Assembly (NCBI GenBank): GCA_047150005.1
Contig: AP038806.1
Location: 1,696,001 to 1,760,000, forward strand
DNA length: 64,000 bases
Direction of reading: 5' to 3'
Origin: Nitrospira sp.
GTDB lineage: Bacteria > Nitrospirota > Nitrospiria > Nitrospirales > Nitrospiraceae
In this document: piece by piece, positions 62,054-64,000 of the stretch
Layout of the letters: each line of letters begins with the position of its first letter
Numbering within the stretch: the first letter of the stretch is position 1
The notes under the pieces: generated by a model
The model's input: only the letters and a program-made list of their open reading frames with translations
The model's database searches: none
Told to the model about the DNA's origin: nothing
Position numbers and translations under genes: made by a program

Positions 62054-62518
62054 TCACCGCTCGCGGCGTTGTTGGGCCAACGTTCTCAATTCGTCCATGA
62101 ACTGGTCGATGTCTTTGAACTCCCGGTAGACGGAGGCGAAGCGGACGTAAGCCACTTGGTCCAACTGGTGCAACTCCTTCATCAACTCCTCGCCGACAAT
62201 CCGACTTTCGATTTCCGTTTCCCCCATCTCCTGTATGCGTTTTTCGATGCGGTCGGCGACCGCTTCGATCGTGACGATGCTGATCGGACGTTTCTCGCAG
62301 GCCTTCTTCAGCCCCGAAAGAATTTTGGCCCGGTCGAAGGCTTCGCGCCGGCCGTCCTTTTTCACCACGACGGGGAGGATCTCGTCGACACGCTCGTATG
62401 TGGTGAACCGCCGCTTGCATCCCAGGCATTCGCGCCGCCGGCGGATCAACTCGCCTTCCTTCGCCATGCGCGAGTCGACCACTTTGTCTTCGACTTCATC
62501 ACAGAACGGGCATTTCAC
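62054..62518 (-). CDS. nrdR: Transcriptional repressor NrdR
   Basis: KCPFC..KVVDSR..IRRRREC..C..RFTTYE, ATP cone, [13 protein letters not shown] start. Confidence 0.96.
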   Translation of the reverse strand: MKCPFCDEVEDKVVDSRMAKEGELIRRRRECLGCKRRFTTYERVDEILPVVVKKDGRREAFDRAKILSGLKKACEKRPISIVTIEAVADRIEKRIQEMGETEIESRIVGEELMKELHQLDQVAYVRFASVYREFKDIDQFMDELRTLAQQRRER

Positions 62519-62563
62519 CGGCGACGACCTTGTCGGTTCAATGCGGAATGCGCGTGCATTCAA

Positions 62564-63832
62564 TCAATAGGCGTGGAAGATCGGAAAGCGGCTGCAGAGC
62601 TCCTTGGCCCTGGCGCGGACGGTCTCGAGTGCCGCCGGATCCTGTCGGTGCTGGAGCACGGTGTCGATCAGCTCGACGATCGATCGCATCTCCGCTTCCT
62701 TCATCCCGCGGGTGGCGACGATCGGGGTTCCCAGCCGGATCCCGCTGGCGATGGCCGGCGGCTTCTCATCGTACGGCACCGCGTTCTTGTTGACGATGAT
62801 CCCGGCCGCATCCAGGGCGGCATCGGCTTCCTTGCCGGTGATGTTCTTGCTGGCGAGGTTGACGAGCATCAGGTGCGTGTCGGTCCCGCCGGAGACGATC
62901 TTGTATCCCCGGTCCAGGAGGCCTTGGGCCAGCACTTTGGCGTTGGTGATCACTTGTTGTTGATACCGCTTGAAGGCCGGCGACAACGCTTCCTTGAAGG
63001 CGACGGCTTTGGCCGCGATGACGTGCATGAGGGGGCCGCCTTGCATACCCGGGAAGACGAACTTGTCGACCGCCTTGGCGTGCTCGGCCTTGCACATAAC
63101 GACACCGCCGCGCGGCCCGCGCAGGGTTTTATGGGTAGTCGTGGTCACGAAATCGGCGTGGGCGATCGGGCTCGGGTGGAGACCTGCTGCGATCAGCCCG
63201 GCGATATGGGCGATGTCCACCATCAAATAGGCCCCGACCGATTTGGCGATCTGGGCGAACCGGGGAAAGTCGAGGGTGCGGGCATAGGCGCTGGCGCCGA
63301 CGACGAGCATCCGGGGCCGGCATTCCTCGGCCAGTTTCTGGACGGCGTCGTAGTCGATCGTCTCGGTCTGGCGGTTCACTCCGTAGGAAAAGGCACGGAA
63401 GATCGATCCCGAGAAATTGACCTTGCTGCCGTGCGTCAGGTGTCCGCCTTGGGCCAAGTCCATGCCGAGAATCGTGTCGCCAGGCTTCAACACGGACAGA
63501 TAGGCTGCCATGTTGGCCTGCGAGCCCGAATGGGGCTGGACGTTCACGTGCTCCGCCCCGAAGATCTGCTTGCACCGCTGGATGGCCAGGTCTTCCACGG
63601 TGTCGACGTGCTGGCATCCGCCGTAGTAGCGCTTGCCCGGGTAGCCCTCCGCGTACTTGTTGGTCATCAGGGAGCCCTGAGCGGCGAGGACGGCGGGGCT
63701 GGCGAAGTTTTCCGAGGCGATCAGCAGCAGCTTGTGGCGCTGGCGTTCCTCTTCCGCGTCGATGGCGGCATAGACTTCCGGATCGGTGGCGTGTAAGGCG
63801 TCCAGCGAACCGACGGCATCCTTCATTGACAT
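62564..63832 (-). CDS. glyA: Serine hydroxymethyltransferase
   Basis: [43 protein letters not shown]. Confidence 0.97.
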   Translation of the reverse strand: MSMKDAVGSLDALHATDPEVYAAIDAEEERQRHKLLLIASENFASPAVLAAQGSLMTNKYAEGYPGKRYYGGCQHVDTVEDLAIQRCKQIFGAEHVNVQPHSGSQANMAAYLSVLKPGDTILGMDLAQGGHLTHGSKVNFSGSIFRAFSYGVNRQTETIDYDAVQKLAEECRPRMLVVGASAYARTLDFPRFAQIAKSVGAYLMVDIAHIAGLIAAGLHPSPIAHADFVTTTTHKTLRGPRGGVVMCKAEHAKAVDKFVFPGMQGGPLMHVIAAKAVAFKEALSPAFKRYQQQVITNAKVLAQGLLDRGYKIVSGGTDTHLMLVNLASKNITGKEADAALDAAGIIVNKNAVPYDEKPPAIASGIRLGTPIVATRGMKEAEMRSIVELIDTVLQHRQDPAALETVRARAKELCSRFPIFHAY

Positions 63833-63849
63833 CGTGGCGTCCCGTTCGA

Positions 63850-64000
63850 TTAAGCGGAAGCCGGTTCGACTTCCTGTTTTTTCACCACCCGTACCGTTAC
63901 GGCTGCGGTCACTTCGCGCGGCAGCTTGACGGGCACGGTGAAACTGCCGAGTTCCTTGATGGGATGAGGCAGCTGAATCTTCCGACGATCGACCTGATAC
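63850..64000 (-). CDS. rplI: 50S ribosomal protein L9, C-terminal part (5' end outside window)
   Basis: Hand translation [39 protein letters not shown]. Confidence 0.88.
   Translation of the reverse strand, partial: YQVDRRKIQLPHPIKELGSFTVPVKLPREVTAAVTVRVVKKQEVEPASA

Noticed and set aside
1..64000. tRNA/rRNA genes, transposases, integrases
   Set aside because: None recognised anywhere in the window.

Overview
GC-rich bacterial chromosome segment, most likely Nitrospira (inferred from the DUF3015/DUF2934-type small proteins, the expanded HisKA_3-REC hybrid kinases and the rplI-glyA-nrdR end). Positions ~1-59.6 kb form an accessory general-stress/desiccation island. It carries glycogen-trehalose enzymes (glgC, treY, treZ, two debranching enzymes), a GT4, a Csp3-like Cu-storage protein, DksA/TraR, YtxH, hemerythrin, BON, holin-like/DUF3618, SPFH, HtrA, sthA and Crp/Fnr. 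It also holds a ~21 kb, 7-protein two-component cluster (poly-HAMP hybrid kinase, dual-kinase protein, two DUF5985-like membrane proteins), an AT-richer XamI-like type II restriction-modification cassette, and many gene remnants (ligD, poxB, Fe/Mn-SOD, cytochrome c, DoxX, Crp). Positions ~60-64 kb look like core genome (LuxR/NarL RR, Rossmann-domain HK, nrdR, glyA, rplI). The main hidden signal is an imperfect palindrome, TAGGG-N4-CCC(C/T)A-GT, resembling RcsB/NarL boxes. It recurs at 10 intergenic sites, each 21-23 nt upstream of a -10-like hexamer pointing into the downstream operon, which suggests an unannotated activator-controlled stress regulon that includes the signalling cluster itself. 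All family assignments come from motif recognition, not database searches.
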